A stretch of 64,000 bases of DNA, taken from Octopus sinensis. Taxonomy: Eukaryota. Shown here piece by piece: positions 1 through 12,285 of the stretch. A program made the translations under genes and the position numbers. The DNA is taken from the NCBI RefSeq assembly GCF_006345805.1, contig NC_042998.1, positions 34,472,001-34,536,000 of the forward strand, given 5' to 3'. The notes beneath the pieces are model-generated. The model was not told the DNA's origin, ran no database searches, and saw nothing but the letters and a program-made list of their open reading frames with translations. The first letter of the stretch is position 1. Every line of letters begins with the position of its first letter.

Positions 1-111
1 TATTCAATTAAAATCTGTGTTCTTACAAGACAGAGAAAACCATTTCCTATTATTTCCTAGCCAAGATGTTTTCTCATGAAGTAGATGTAACATCCCACTT
101 CTTGTTCTCAG

Positions 112-246
112 AAAGTGCATTGCATCCATCAGAGAGCTCTTCAGGTTTCATACTTAATTAAGAATCTATTTGCATTCATACAACACTTTGACAAGATTTG
201 CTTGAAAGATATATTTATGGTGGCAGCAATCTTTTCAGAGCAAGAG
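112..246 (+). CDS. Candidate internal exon (KVHCIHQRALQVSYLIKNLFAFIQHFDKICLKDIFMVAAIFSEQE), product unknown
   Basis: Pyrimidine tract cttcttgttctcAG, 135 nt open in phase 0 with the other two frames stopped, ending GAG|GTAAAC. No protein family recognised. Confidence 0.22.
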
Positions 247-614
247 GTAAACTTGCATTAATTGTGAAGGCAATCCGAATTTCTATTTAAAACTATTTCG
301 CTTTTACTTAAACTCCTCTAATATCCTTCACTTACTCGGAGCCTTGTACCCAGTCAAAAGGAGTTAACATTTATTACGGGAAGGCTTGTGTGGATAGCCA
401 TGGCATTAGATTGCTGTTGATTTTAATTAAGTTTTAACCTTGTCAAGCCATGTTCCTGCTATTGTCTAAATGGCTCAAACATCATCTCGACTGGATTCCT
501 GTTAAAGCAGAAATGAGCAACACACACACACACACAAATAAAAAAAGGAAGATAAGATACTAAAAATAGACAACTGGTTCACAATGTAGCTTTGTAGTCA
601 AGAGTCCGTGAGGG

Positions 615-862
615 TGACATGTAAAAAGCATCACCCAATCGTGGCCGTTTGCCAGCCTCCTCTGGCCTCTGTGCCGGTGGCACGTAAAAAGCACCCTCTA
701 CACTCACAGAGAGGTTGACGTTAGGAAGGGCATCCAGCTGTAGAAACACTGCCAGATCAGACTGGAGCCTGGTGCAGCCTTCTGGCTTCCCAGACCCCGG
801 TCAAACTGTCCAACCCATGCCAGCATGGAAAGCGGACATTAAACGAGGATGATGATGATGAT
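615..862 (+). mobile_element. SINE-like family B copy ((GAT)n tail, GTGCC-NNN-GGCAC modules)
   Basis: Matches the recurring tail gttaggaagggcatccagctgtagaaac...gcatggaaagcggac.ttaaa-(gat)n, which occurs more than 25 times in the window (e.g. 3470, 3680, 18800, 20040, 20950, 24065, 26815, 28755, 35190, 52190, 54905, 57975, 58555, 59650, 60880). Confidence 0.85.
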
Positions 863-1488
863 GAGTGTGTATGACTCATTTTTAATATTGACTTCTATAG
901 CTGTTGTTTACTTTTGTTTTTTTAATCAAAAGTTTAAAAAAATGACTTTGTGATGAAATGAACATGTCTTGTAAATGCATAAGGCCTGGACTCTTTGCAG
1001 TTGACGAAATTATTGATGATGTATTCATTGTTTGGACACAGAGTTTGCCCTTTTGCAGACAGAGAGAGAGATATGGACAATCACATAAAGTGAAAGTTGT
1101 GAGGAAAGTAGCCATTCAGGGGAACAAATACAGTAATTGGGAGATGGGCCCATTATTGTTATTCTTCTGAATGTTTTTTTGTGATTCTGTCCATTAATTT
1201 GCCTGCAATTATTACTCTTGGGTTGTGTATGCAACTATTTATATTTCTCTCAGGTAAAGTTTGACACAGGGTCCCAAGTGTGAGAGGGTTAAGCCTCTTC
1301 ATGCAGGATTCAAATCTCATTGGGGGTTCACTTCCGCCAGTCCAGAGTTAAATAAGTAACGGGGTCAATTGTATACATTACATTTGAAATTCTCATGACC
1401 AGCTAAAGAAATATTTGTGTATTATGGTAAATTACCAGCATCCACCATAATACTTCCTTTTCTTTTCTTTTTTTTTTTTTTCACTAAG

Positions 1489-1567
1489 GAAACTAAAGTT
1501 GGAAGATTAACAATCTTTGCCAAAGTCTGCGAGGCAGTGTCTAAAAATGTTTTTGCTTATGAACTGA
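1489..1567 (+). CDS. Candidate internal exon (ETKVGRLTIFAKVCEAVSKNVFAYEL), product unknown
   Basis: Long poly-pyrimidine tract then actaAG, an open frame in phase with the 112-246 candidate, and a possible donor a|GTACGG. Weak. Confidence 0.17.
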
Positions 1568-4329
1568 GTACGGGCAATTAACTCAACAACCTTTGTGCAA
1601 TTTATCTCTTTAATTTTTATTGGTTCCAGCCAATAGACTGTGGTCATGCTGGAGCTCTGATGTTTCCTTATCAATTTTATTTCTATGTAAAATCAATACC
1701 TCCAACAAATAGAAAAAGAAAGAAGATAGAAAGCCAAAAGTCAATTCTGTCTGTTCCAGATATAATTTAGTGTTCTTAAATGACCAGTAGATTCTGTTCT
1801 TTTGGTTTTCCTTTTCTTCAAATTAACCAAATCTAAACCAAATCTAATTAATCCTTTGCCATAGTATGAAAAGGCATTGGGAGATTTCTGTCCAAGCACA
1901 TAATTAACTTCCCTCATGATTCATAAGTTCAAATTTTACTAAATCCACAATAATCAGTCATCTTGCATCTTAACCCCACCCCACAGCCATTGACCCTCAT
2001 AGGCAGAGTAATAAATATTTTGGTCTCACTTTCTATGAAGGAACTTGTTTGTTCTTTTATGAATTCTTTGCCTTTTCATCAGGAATATTTTTATGACTGC
2101 ATGCATTTCTTCCTATTCTAAATCTATTAATTTTATTAGAATTTCCTAATTCTTCAGTTAATTCATTTGCTTAATTTGTAAATTATTTGATTATTCAAAT
2201 AATTAGTCAAACCTTCAATTGCAAATGTGCTGAAAGTCAGTTATTTGTTATGAAATATGAATCTTTTTCCCAAAGTCTTGTCTTTAGGAGATCTATTTGA
2301 GAATTTTTATACCTGATTTTTCATACCTGTTAAGCATACATTTCCTTTTCTTTCAAAGTTAATCTAAATATTCTTATTTATCTGTTTGGATCATATTCAA
2401 CCTTTATTGAAGACTCTAACAGGTTATTAGCTGCCGCTAGTTAATTGCTTTTGATTTGAAAATGGAATAGAAGATTTAGTCAAATGGAAACCAAAGATGG
2501 TCTTCTCTTTTTTTGGCACATTATATTAGAAGAGGTGCAATTGTAAAAGACAAACTTTAAGAGCCGTTCACTGGTATTAAGGAAATAATGCCAATAGTCA
2601 GTAAGCTAATTCTCAAATGTGTTTCGGTCAGTAAAATGTTTTGAAAATTGCCATTTTATTCAGCAAGAAATCTTATTTGTTGATTTGACGCTATTTTTAG
2701 TATTGAAATGGCTAAAGGCCTAATTCATCTACATATATATATTCTAAATGTGTAGTAAACAACTTTTTTTATGTGTATGTCATCATCATATCGTTGTCGT
2801 TGTTGTCGTCGTCCACTTTTCCTTACTTGCATGAGTCAAATAGTATTTGCTGAGGCATTTTCTACGACTGGACGCACTTCCTGTTGCCAACCCTCATCTG
2901 TTTGTAATCAAGGTAATATTTCCCATGGCCAGACATATTTTCACAGAAGACTAGAAGCAAACAACATCATTTGCTTACAACCATCATGTAATGTCAAGAC
3001 AAGGCACATGCACGCGTGCACACACACACACACACACACACACAAGGCTTCTTTCAGTTTTCATCTTTGAAATTCGCTCACAAGACTTTAGTTGGCCTGT
3101 AGCTATAATAGAAAACACTTGCCTAAGGCACCACAAAATAGGATTGAACCCAGAACACATGGTTGGGTAGCAAGTTTCTTAACTGCACACCCACAGGCCT
3201 GTGACATACACACACATACACACAAGCATGCACATACATACATACATGTGTGTGTGTGTATGTATGTATGTACCTCTATATTTCTCTAACTCTCCCTCTC
3301 TCTCTCTGTCTCTCTCTCTCCTTCCTCTCCTGAAGTAGTCAAGTATCTGCTCTATTGCAAAACAACTGCCTCTGTTCCATTATTGCACTCTAACCGCTTG
3401 CCTGGCACACAGCCACTTCCTTTGGTTCCATTCTTTCGCTCAACTGAGAGATCTTTCTCTTGCAAGCTACTTGGCAACCTCGCTGGGGCTGGTGCCATGT
3501 AAAAAGCACCCAGTATGCTGTGTGAAGTAGGGGGCATTCAGAAGGGCATCCAGCCATAGAAACCATGCCAAAACACACAAATAAAGCTTGCTGTAGCTCC
3601 CGTTGAACCATCCAACCCATGCCAGCATGGAAAACAGACGTTAAATGATTATGATGATGATGATGATGATGATGGTCATCACCATTGTCATTTAGCATCC
3701 GCTTTCCATGGATTGGATTGTTTGACAGAGGATTGACAAGCCGGGAGGCTGCACCAGGCTCCAATCTGATTTGGCAAAGTTTCTACAGCTGGATGCCCTT
3801 CCTAATGCCAACCACTCCTAGAGTGTAGTGGGTACTTTTTACATGCCACTGGTATGGGAGGCAGTTCTGGCATCAGTCATGCTTGAATGGTGCTTTTTAC
3901 ATGCCACCGTCACGGCTGCCAGTCAGGCGATAATGATAAATACATATATACATAAAGATATATGATGTGAATGAATGGTGTAAAAGTGGCTTCGTTATTG
4001 TGGATTATAAAGATTAGTATGTAAATGTGCTTTGTACAAAGGAAATGTGGGAAGAAATGGTTAGATCTGATCTCAGACGACTATATTTCACAACTAAAAT
4101 GGTAAAAGGATGAATATCAATATACCGTATGTTAGTCCTTCCACCATATGCCAGCAAAGAAAAGCAGATGTTAAAATGGTTCGATATCATTTATTGAATG
4201 CTGCAGACCAAAGTTCCAATCAATAACTTTCGCCAGACCTCTGGCACCTTGACTTATTTTATGTTTTTTTTCTCTTGTATAAGCAAATTTTTTTACCTCA
4301 TAGCTGTGACTACTCTTTGATTATATATA

Positions 4330-4568
4330 GATCTATATATCTATATCAATATCAATATATATATATATATATATATATAATGTATGTATATATTTGTATG
4401 TATGTATTTATATGTATGTATGTATGCATTTATATATATGTATGTATAATGATGATGATGATGTTTGTATATGTATCTATATGTATTATGTATATGTATC
4501 TATATATGTACATATATAGATATATGTGTATATATACATATATATGTATCTATATATATATATATATA

Positions 4569-4609
<41 letters not shown>

Positions 4610-4938
4610 CTATATAAATATATATATGTGTATACATATATACTTATATGTATATCTATATAAATATATATATGTGTATACATATATACTTATATGTATA
4701 TCTATATAAATATATATATGTGTATACATATATACTTATATGTATATATATAAATATATATAAATATATCTATATATATACACACATATACATATGTATA
4801 TGTATGTATATGTATGTATATGTATGTATGTATGTATGTGTATGTATAAAAATGTATGTATATGCATATATGTATGTATTTATGTATGTATGTGTAGATA
4901 TGTATGTATTTATGTATGTATGTGTATATATATATATA

Positions 4939-4970
<32 letters not shown>

Positions 4971-4985
4971 TGAGAGAGAGAGAGA
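4330..4985. repeat. Compound (TA)n/(TATG)n microsatellite
   Basis: Direct reading. It generates the spurious Y/I/M/C-rich ORFs 4275-5013. Confidence 0.95.
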
Positions 4986-5289
4986 GTGGTTGTATACTGT
5001 CAACTTAACGTGACAGTCCTGTAAGGGAATTACACCACCGTTGTTTAGCCCTAGGAAGCATCAACGCTTCCTGTCGGCCTTGACACATTTCCTGTGTCCT
5101 TATATATTTATGAAGGGAAGACAAACACCCCTAACAGCTAGACCCGCATCTAGAGACATGCATGTTTCTGGGTCTTACAGGAAATGTGTCAAGGCCAACA
5201 GGAAGCGTTGATGCTTCCTAGGGCTAAACAGCGGTGATGTAATTCCCTTACAGGACTGTCACGTTAAGTTGACAGTATACAACCACTCT
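4983..5289 (-). mobile_element. Inverted-duplication element, probably non-autonomous Penelope-like, with the 3' half of a hammerhead
   Basis: Near-perfect arms of about 113 bp (4983-5095 / 5177-5289). The spacer on the minus strand reads gaccca-GAAAC-ATGCAT-GTC-tctag (5155-5168). Confidence 0.6.
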
Positions 5290-5740
5290 ATCGCTCCACC
5301 ACCGTACATATCTCTATGAGATATTTAGAAATTTAATATATCTGATATATATATATATATATATATATAATATTCTATAATGATATACGTAATTAATTAA
5401 TTTTACCCTATATTATTATTAATACATATTTAAGCATATGTATATGTGTGTGTGTGTATACGTATATATCTTTGATCTTTTACCTTTTAACTTATTTCAG
5501 TCATTAGATTGTGGCCATGCTGGGGCACTAGCTTGAAGAATTTTCAGTCAAGTGAATTGACCTCAGTACATTTTTGTTTAAGTGTGGTACCCATTCTATT
5601 GGTCTCCTTTGCCAAACTGCAAAGTTATAGGAATGCAAAAACATTAACACTGGTTGTCAAGTAGGGATTGTCAATGCACACACAAACACACACTACACAC
5701 ATACAATCACACACTCACACATTATTATGACGGTGGCACA

Positions 5741-5771
<31 letters not shown>

Positions 5772-5959
5772 ATCCTCTATTGGGAGTATTGTAAATTGTT
5801 GAATTTTTTTGTTGTTGTAAAGCTTGTTTACACGGACTTTTTTCTCTCGAAAAACGGACAAAACCTTTTGTAACCTTTCATCCTGTTTTGTCCCTTTATG
5901 TTTTCCAATCATGTGTGTCAGCCCTTGTGGCCAATAAAAAGAATTAATTATTATTATTA

Positions 5960-6140
5960 TCATTATTCAGGTCACTGCCTGGAATCGAACTCAGAATCTT
6001 GGGGTTAGTAGCCCGTGCTCTTAACCACTATGCCATATGCCTGTGGTCATATCTAAATAATAATAATAATATCAGCCAAAACGTTGTGTTAACAGCAAAC
6101 AAGATGAGGATATATATATCTGTCAAATGTAAATAACGAC
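5960..6140. mobile_element. tRNA-head/hammerhead-tail element: minus-strand head joined to plus-strand tail
   Basis: 5965-6041 is the reverse complement of ggcatagtggttaagagcacgggctactaaccccaagattctgagttcgattccaggcagtgacc. 6071-6140 is the plus-strand tail atatcagccaaaacgttgtgttaac...gatgagga, the same family as 16500-16990. Confidence 0.75.
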
Positions 6141-7469
6141 CAACTCAGAACATATTTAAGTTTGATTGATTAGAATAAGTAGACTTTCCCCAAGATAGAA
6201 CCCTTTATCATTTACCTCTGCTTGAAATATCTACCACACTAAAAAAAAGAATTTGAGAAAGGAATTTACCAAACAATGATTTGAAGATAACGATGACAAG
6301 GAACTGTTGATTTTTTTGTATGTGAAATATATCAAGTGTGGATTGTGTTTATTGATTAGTTAGCTATCGCCCACTGGACTGAATTGGCAAAAAAAAATCA
6401 ATACTGACTTAACATTTATGTTGGAAATAATATTTCTATTAATATTCCAATGTAACATACCTAACTTCAGCTAGAAAGTCACTCATTCTCATTGAAAGTA
6501 AATTCAAAATCATGCTCTTTCTACTTTCACTTTTATGATAATAAGAAAAGAATTTTTAACCAGACACAATGCTACAGTTTTTTTCAGTAAAGAGAGTTCA
6601 TTCATTCATTCTTTGACTGAACTACCACCTCATCCCCTACCTCAGGTTATAACTTGTAATTATTTCATCAACCCCCAAAATAATGAAAGGCATGCTCACA
6701 CTCTGTGCAAGTAATGAATATAAACTAAGGTTTTCTACAAGGGGCCCTAATATTATGGAAAAGGAGATGGAATTAGGAAACTGTGTCATTCAATATTTTC
6801 TGAGGTTATTGTCAACATGAATTGAAACCAAGAATCAAAACTAGAATCCGTGAGAAGTGAGATGAAAGCTGGAACCACTTTGCCAATTTAAACTGATGTA
6901 CTGTCTCAGCTATATTTGCCTCTGTTCAGAATAAATTAATGTTGAAGAAAATTACGTCAAATGTGTGGCTGATACAATAATAGACAATAATCTATTTACA
7001 CAACTTCATTAAACTTTTATAACCACATATTCTGGTTTTAATCATTGGACAATGGCCAAGCTGTGGCACTGCCTGCAGAGATTTATTTTATCTCCATCAA
7101 CCCCCAAGCACTTAGACAGACTGCTTTCAACCCTATGTTAAAATTACATCACATTCGCGTGCCCTTCTTATCTGACCACAGAGATTGTGCTTATAGACAC
7201 AGTGTTCCTTCAATAAACAAGAAACACTGATTTACATTTAATAACACAGTCTCAGTCGTTAGTTCCACTAGTAAATAGCTTAGTGTGTTAGGTGTTGTTC
7301 AATCCTGTTTTGTAGAACAGAGAATGTATAGATTTCTGACAGCAGCATGAGTAATAGAGAGATATGTGCACCTTGTTTCACAGTACAGAATAACACTGAA
7401 GAGAACAAGAAAAACAAGCATTTAATGTACCAGTAATTTATTAAAATAGCTTCCAAGAATATAATGCAT

Positions 7470-7835
7470 TATAACTTCCACCTTAGCGAAGGTGGAGGTA
7501 TTGTTTTTAGTCATGTTTGTTTATCTGTGGACAAGATATCTCAAGAACTGCTGGATGGATTCAGATGAAACTTTCAGGGATGTTTGGCCTCATGACTGGC
7601 ACGAACTGATTAGATTTTGGGATCAATCAGGTACTGGACAAGGATTCTGGATTATTTTTTACTGTTTTTTTTTACTTAATTTTTGAGAGATGTCAGGTTC
7701 ATTTTTAGTATTCTTGTTTGTGAGAGCTGTCGAGCTTATTTCAGATATTCTCATTTTAAAAATCATCTCTGGCTAATCTTTGAAACGTTGGTGTTGCCTT
7801 GGCGGAGGTTTGGTCTCTCTCTCAGTGCCTTTGTT
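7470..7835 (+). mobile_element. Non-autonomous Helentron/HINE-type element
   Basis: 5' hairpin acttccaccttagcgaaggtggaggt and 3' ccttggcggaggt...ctcagtgcct, the sub-terminal repeat pattern of DINE/HINE-like elements. Confidence 0.6.
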
Positions 7836-8261
7836 ATAATATATAAACATTTGTTCCAATTTGCACAAGTCCTTGCTCATTTGTAAGCAACATCATTGCA
7901 CACACTTAAGAAGCCTATTCTCTGTCACTGGCGAAATCCTAGCACAGAATTTAAATAAGTTTGGCTGATTCACATTTATCCTTTTTCTTTTTATCACAAA
8001 GATATTATAAACTCTTTCCATTATTGGTACAATCTTTTACCTTTTATGTTTATTAGTTTCAGTCAGATGATTGTGGCCTTGCTGGGGCACCACCTTGAAG
8101 AATTTTTAGTTGAAGAAATTGACTCCATTACTGGTGTCTTATATATTTGCTAGTGCTGCCTGGCTAACTCCCGTGCTGGTGTGCATATATATATATATAT
8201 ATATATTTCAGAAATATCCACATAGTGGAAACGTATATATATATATATACATTTAATAACT

Positions 8262-9025
8262 CTTTTAATTGTTTCAGTCATTTGACTGCGGCCATGCTGG
8301 AGCACCGCCTTTAGTCGAGCAAATTGACCCCGGGACTTATTCTTTGTAAGCCCAGTACTTATTCTATCGGTCTCTTTTGCCGAACCGCTAAGTTACGGAG
8401 ACGTAAACACACCAGCATCGGTTGTCAAGCAATGCTAGAGAGACAAACACAGACTCACAAACATATACACACACATACATAAATATATATACATATATAC
8501 GACAGGCTTCTTTCAGTTTCCGTCTACCAAATCCACTCACAAGGCATTGGTCGGCCCGAGGCTATAGCAGAAGACACTTGCCCAAGATGCCACGCAGTGG
8601 GACTGAACCCGGAACCATGTGGTTAGTAAGCAAGCTACTTACCACACTGTCTGCTTACCAACAACATGGTTCCGGGTTCAGTCCCACTGTGTGGTACCTT
8701 GGGCAAGTGTCTTCTACTATAGCCTTGGGCCAGCCAAAGCCTTGTGAGTGGATTTGGTGGACGGAAACTGAAAGAAGCCCATTATATATATGTATGCATA
8801 TATGTGTGTGTGTTTGTGTGTCTGTGTTTGTCCCCACCAGCATCGCTTGACAACCGATGCTGGTGTGTTTATGTCCCCGTAACTTAGCGGTTCGGCAAAA
8901 GAGACCAATAGAATAAGTACTAGGCTTACAAAGAATAAGTCCTGGGGGTCGATATCCTCGACTAAAGGCAGTGCTCCAGCATGGCCGCAGTCAAATGACT
9001 GAAACAAGTAAAAGAGTAAAAGAGG
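8262..9025. mobile_element. Head-to-head pair of tRNA-derived SINE family A copies
   Basis: Minus copy 8262-8650 and plus copy 8651-9025. Family motifs are ggttcagtcccactg (B box region), ccttgggcaagtgtcttctactatagcc (CORE-like), ggatttggtagacggaaactgaaagaagcc and the tail gtgctccagcatggccgcagtcaaatgactgaaacaagtaaaaga. About 25 further copies (e.g. 11420, 13245, 20670, 25435, 27360, 27850, 46000, 49143, 51750, 53780, 54195, 56010). Confidence 0.85.
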
Positions 9026-9264
9026 ATGTTCTAGGGGAGTTTTACATGGAGGGATGAGAATGAAACCTTCCATTTCCAATCTATATACTCAACAATTAAC
9101 ACCCTAATTTTGCATCCATTTGCCAATACCATTAGATTGAAATGTACTGCAGACTGTCATTAGACATAAATAACGCAAAACATCGTTAATTTTCAGTGAT
9201 TTAACACATTTAGTTCTTTACTTTGATTGTGACTCACTAGTTCATTAACTAACCTTCGTTTTAT

Positions 9265-9562
9265 GTACATATATTTTGTGTGTATGTGTGTGTGTGTATA
9301 TATGTGTATGTTTGTGTGTATATGCATGTATATATTTATGTATGTGTGTGTGTATATATATATCCATGCTAGCATGGAAAGCGGACGTTAAACGATATAT
9401 ATATATATATATACATGTGTATGTGTCTGTATATGCATGTGTATGTATGTATGTATGTCTGTATGTGTGTGTACATATATATATTTTATATATGTATATA
9501 TATGTATATATTTATGTGTGTATATATATATATGTATATGTATATATTTATGTATGTGTGTG

Positions 9563-9598
<36 letters not shown>

Positions 9599-9647
9599 AT
9601 ATATATTTGTGTGTGTGACTGTGTGTGCATATGTGTGTGTATGTATA

Positions 9648-9683
<36 letters not shown>

Positions 9684-9694
9684 CACGCACACAC

Positions 9695-9729
<35 letters not shown>

Positions 9730-9730
9730 T
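9265..9730. repeat. Compound (TG)/(TA)/(CA) microsatellite
   Basis: Direct reading. Confidence 0.95.
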
Positions 9731-10474
9731 ACTTACATACCAACAGTTGTTTAAGTGTGGGTGTCATGGTGTGTAGTATGATTACTTCATTTACTCCCTT
9801 CCACCTCCTCTGCATCCTCCTCCTCCTCATCATCATCATCGCCTTCATCATTTTCCGTCTCACTATGTTTCTATTATTATCAACCATTGCTTCAGGATTC
9901 TTCTCGTTTTTTTGTTTTTTTTCACCCTCCCCCGCCCCCTCCTCCACTCCCACCTCACTTTTATGGTTTTCCAATCAATTTCAGGGTCAGTTTATCTCAG
10001 CCATGCTGATTACTCTTGTCATAAACTGGTTATTTCAAAGATTCGCTTCAGACATTTTTCCAACGTTTATAATCTATAACGTGGTCTAGTGATTCGAACC
10101 GAAATCAAACATCGAACTGGACACTGTCTCCAATAGTTAACACATGAATGTTTTCAATTAGATGATGTTTTTGTCATATCTAACACAGGATCCAGCATTA
10201 CGAGAAAACGAAGAGGGGTTTTGTTGTGATTCCTATTGATTCGTCTGAAATTGTCTTTAAGCTATTTTCATAGAAAATGGACTTCAAGTGTAATCCGCCC
10301 ATCTCATTCTCATTATTGAGTGTTGAATTGGTAGAAACATCGTGGCTGTGTGGCAAGCAACTCGCTTCCCAATCACATGGTTCTGAGCTCAATCCCACTG
10401 CATGGTACGTTGGGCATATGATAGATCGTTAGCTCCTACATGCATTTTTTTCTCTCCTTGTTTTTTTCTGTGTA

Positions 10475-10512
10475 TCTTTCTGTCGAAGAGCGTAGGCTCG
10501 AAACGTAAAAGA
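10475..10512 (+). ncRNA. Minimal type I hammerhead-like motif with variant core (family HH2)
   Basis: TCTTT-CTGTCGA-A-GAGC-gtag-GCTC-GAAAC-GTA-AAAGA. Helix I 5 bp, helix II 4 bp, palindromic ACGT helix III. A6 is replaced by U. Host element spans about 10420-10610. Confidence 0.5.
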
Positions 10513-10605
10513 CTTGTTCTATTTCTATTCCTGAGCGCTATACTAATACATTTGTTTGTTTGTACTCCACCTGCCTTCGTCTTTTGTTTATTTTCGTAAA
10601 CCTTC

Positions 10606-10619
<14 letters not shown>

Positions 10620-10643
<24 letters not shown>

Positions 10644-10835
10644 GGAGTAAACACATAAATGTGAAACAAGGTGGAAAAAAGAGTACTCAAATACCAGTGG
10701 TAGAGTAATATGCTTTATTTAAAGCAGCAGAAAATTCAACAAAACCTGTTCTAGCAAAAACTGTCCGATGAACGGCAACGGGAAACTCAGAGTAACAAGT
10801 TTTGTTGAATTTTCTGCTGCTTTAAATAAAGTATA
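10620..10835. mobile_element. PLE-like element with 38-bp inverted arms around a hammerhead-like loop (family HH3)
   Basis: Arms 10713-10750 / 10794-10831. The loop reads ctgt-CCGATGA-acggcaacgg-GAAAC-TC-agagt. A tail fragment of the same family is at about 26395-26445. Confidence 0.55.
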
Positions 10836-10953
10836 TATATATATATATAGATTATTTTATTTGTTAAGGAATAAAAATTCCAGCGTCACAGGGATTCAAA
10901 TAAAATGAGTTATTCTCAATAAGGAAATATATGTCATTTAGAGATAGAAGTCC

Positions 10954-11340
10954 CCATACAATACATCAAATCCTAATGTACATCACACCATATCATAGAA
11001 TTTTATTTTAATACTTACTATTTCAGTTCCAAATTTCTCTTCTACACGTATTTTAGGAGGTGCATTAAGACATGTTTCTGAACGCACCTCATGAAACATG
11101 TGTAGAAGAGAAATTTGGAACTGAAATAGTAAGTATTAAAATAAAATTCTATGATATGGTGTAATTTATATTAGGATTTGATGAATTGCATGGGTACGAA
11201 GATTGCTCGACATTTCAAAACTGATGTAATACTTACAGTGTTTAATAAAATGAAGTAGCATGAAACAATTGTACTACTCTACCTTGGATATACTTGTTGC
11301 TTATTTGGATTATAATCACCCCAATTGATTTATATGGATA
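10954..11340 (+). mobile_element. Inverted-duplication element (arms about 10954-11065 / 11082-11191) followed by a decayed hammerhead-like motif
   Basis: Long inverted arms read directly. The downstream gta-cgaagattgctcgacatttcaaaac-tgat-gta-atac is shared with 58220-58345, which retains CTGAAGA. Confidence 0.55.
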
Positions 11341-11507
11341 ATACCATACAAAATTCTGGTGCCTTTAACTTAAGTACCATATTCATCTGAATCTAAATTT
11401 TTGTTGAACATATATATATATGGGCAAGTGTCTTCTGCTATAGCCTCAGGCCGACCAATGCCTTGTGAGTGGATTTGGTAGACAGAAACTGAAAGAAGCC
11501 TGTCTTA

Positions 11508-11554
<47 letters not shown>

Positions 11555-11762
11555 ATGTTTGTGTGTCTGTGTTTGTCCCCTACCATCGTTTGTGTGTCTG
11601 TTTATGTCCCTGTAACTTAGCGGTTCGGCAAAAAGAGACCGATAGAATAAGTACTGGGCTTACAAAGAATAAGTCCCGGGGTCGATTTGCTCGACTAAAG
11701 GTGGTGCTCCAGCATGGCCGCAGTCAAATGACTGAAACAAGTAAAAGAGAGAGTAAAGAGTA

Positions 11763-11797
<35 letters not shown>

Positions 11798-12260
11798 TAC
11801 ACAATGGGCTTCTTTCAGTTTCTGTCTCCCAAATCCCCTCACGAATCTTTGGTCTGCCCAAGGCTATAGTAGAAGACACTTGCCCAAAGTGCCATGCAGT
11901 GGGACTGAACTTAGAACCATGTTGTTGGGAAGCAAGCTTCTTACCACACTGCAATGCCTCTTCCTAAGTAATTATCTTGGAAAAAAATAAAACCTTTTAC
12001 ATAATTACATTTTTCTTTCCAGATCAGTTATTGTCAGAGTAATTAGTATCAATCTTGTTTTCCCATGTAAACTACACGTATGTTTTATAATTATCACCAA
12101 GTGCTCTATTTCTGTTATCCTTCTTTATTTATTACTTGTTCACCCAAAACTTGTTTTCTTGTTTTGCATTTCATATCACTTACACACATTCACACACAAA
12201 ATTTACATGCTTTGAATTCTATTATATCTAATTCTCTTTTTTTTTTCTTTTTCTTTACAG

Positions 12261-12285
12261 TTTCAGAAGAGGAAATACAACAATG
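12261..12285 (+). CDS. Candidate 25-nt micro-exon (tttcagaagaggaaatacaacaatg), frame unknown
   Basis: Strong acceptor (about 28-nt U/C tract then tacAG) and consensus donor G|GTGAGT. All three frames are open. Confidence 0.42.

Noticed and set aside
958-1170. ORF containing IDDVFIVW, reminiscent of the Penelope RT motif YIDDIF
   Set aside because: The catalytic Y/F before xDD and any flanking RT motifs are missing, so it is probably chance.
4275-5013. Long Y/I/M/C/V-rich ORFs (also 9276-9776, 26181-26549, 34823-35617 and others)
   Set aside because: Translations of (TA)/(TG)/(CA) microsatellites.
6740-7250. Possible mariner relic (KLAKWFQ) or exon
   Set aside because: Only a single short motif with no collinear support.
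9985-10089. Strong pyrimidine tract plus AG followed by short open frames
   Set aside because: The tract is largely a CT/CAT simple repeat, no convincing donor was found, and the frames end in stops.
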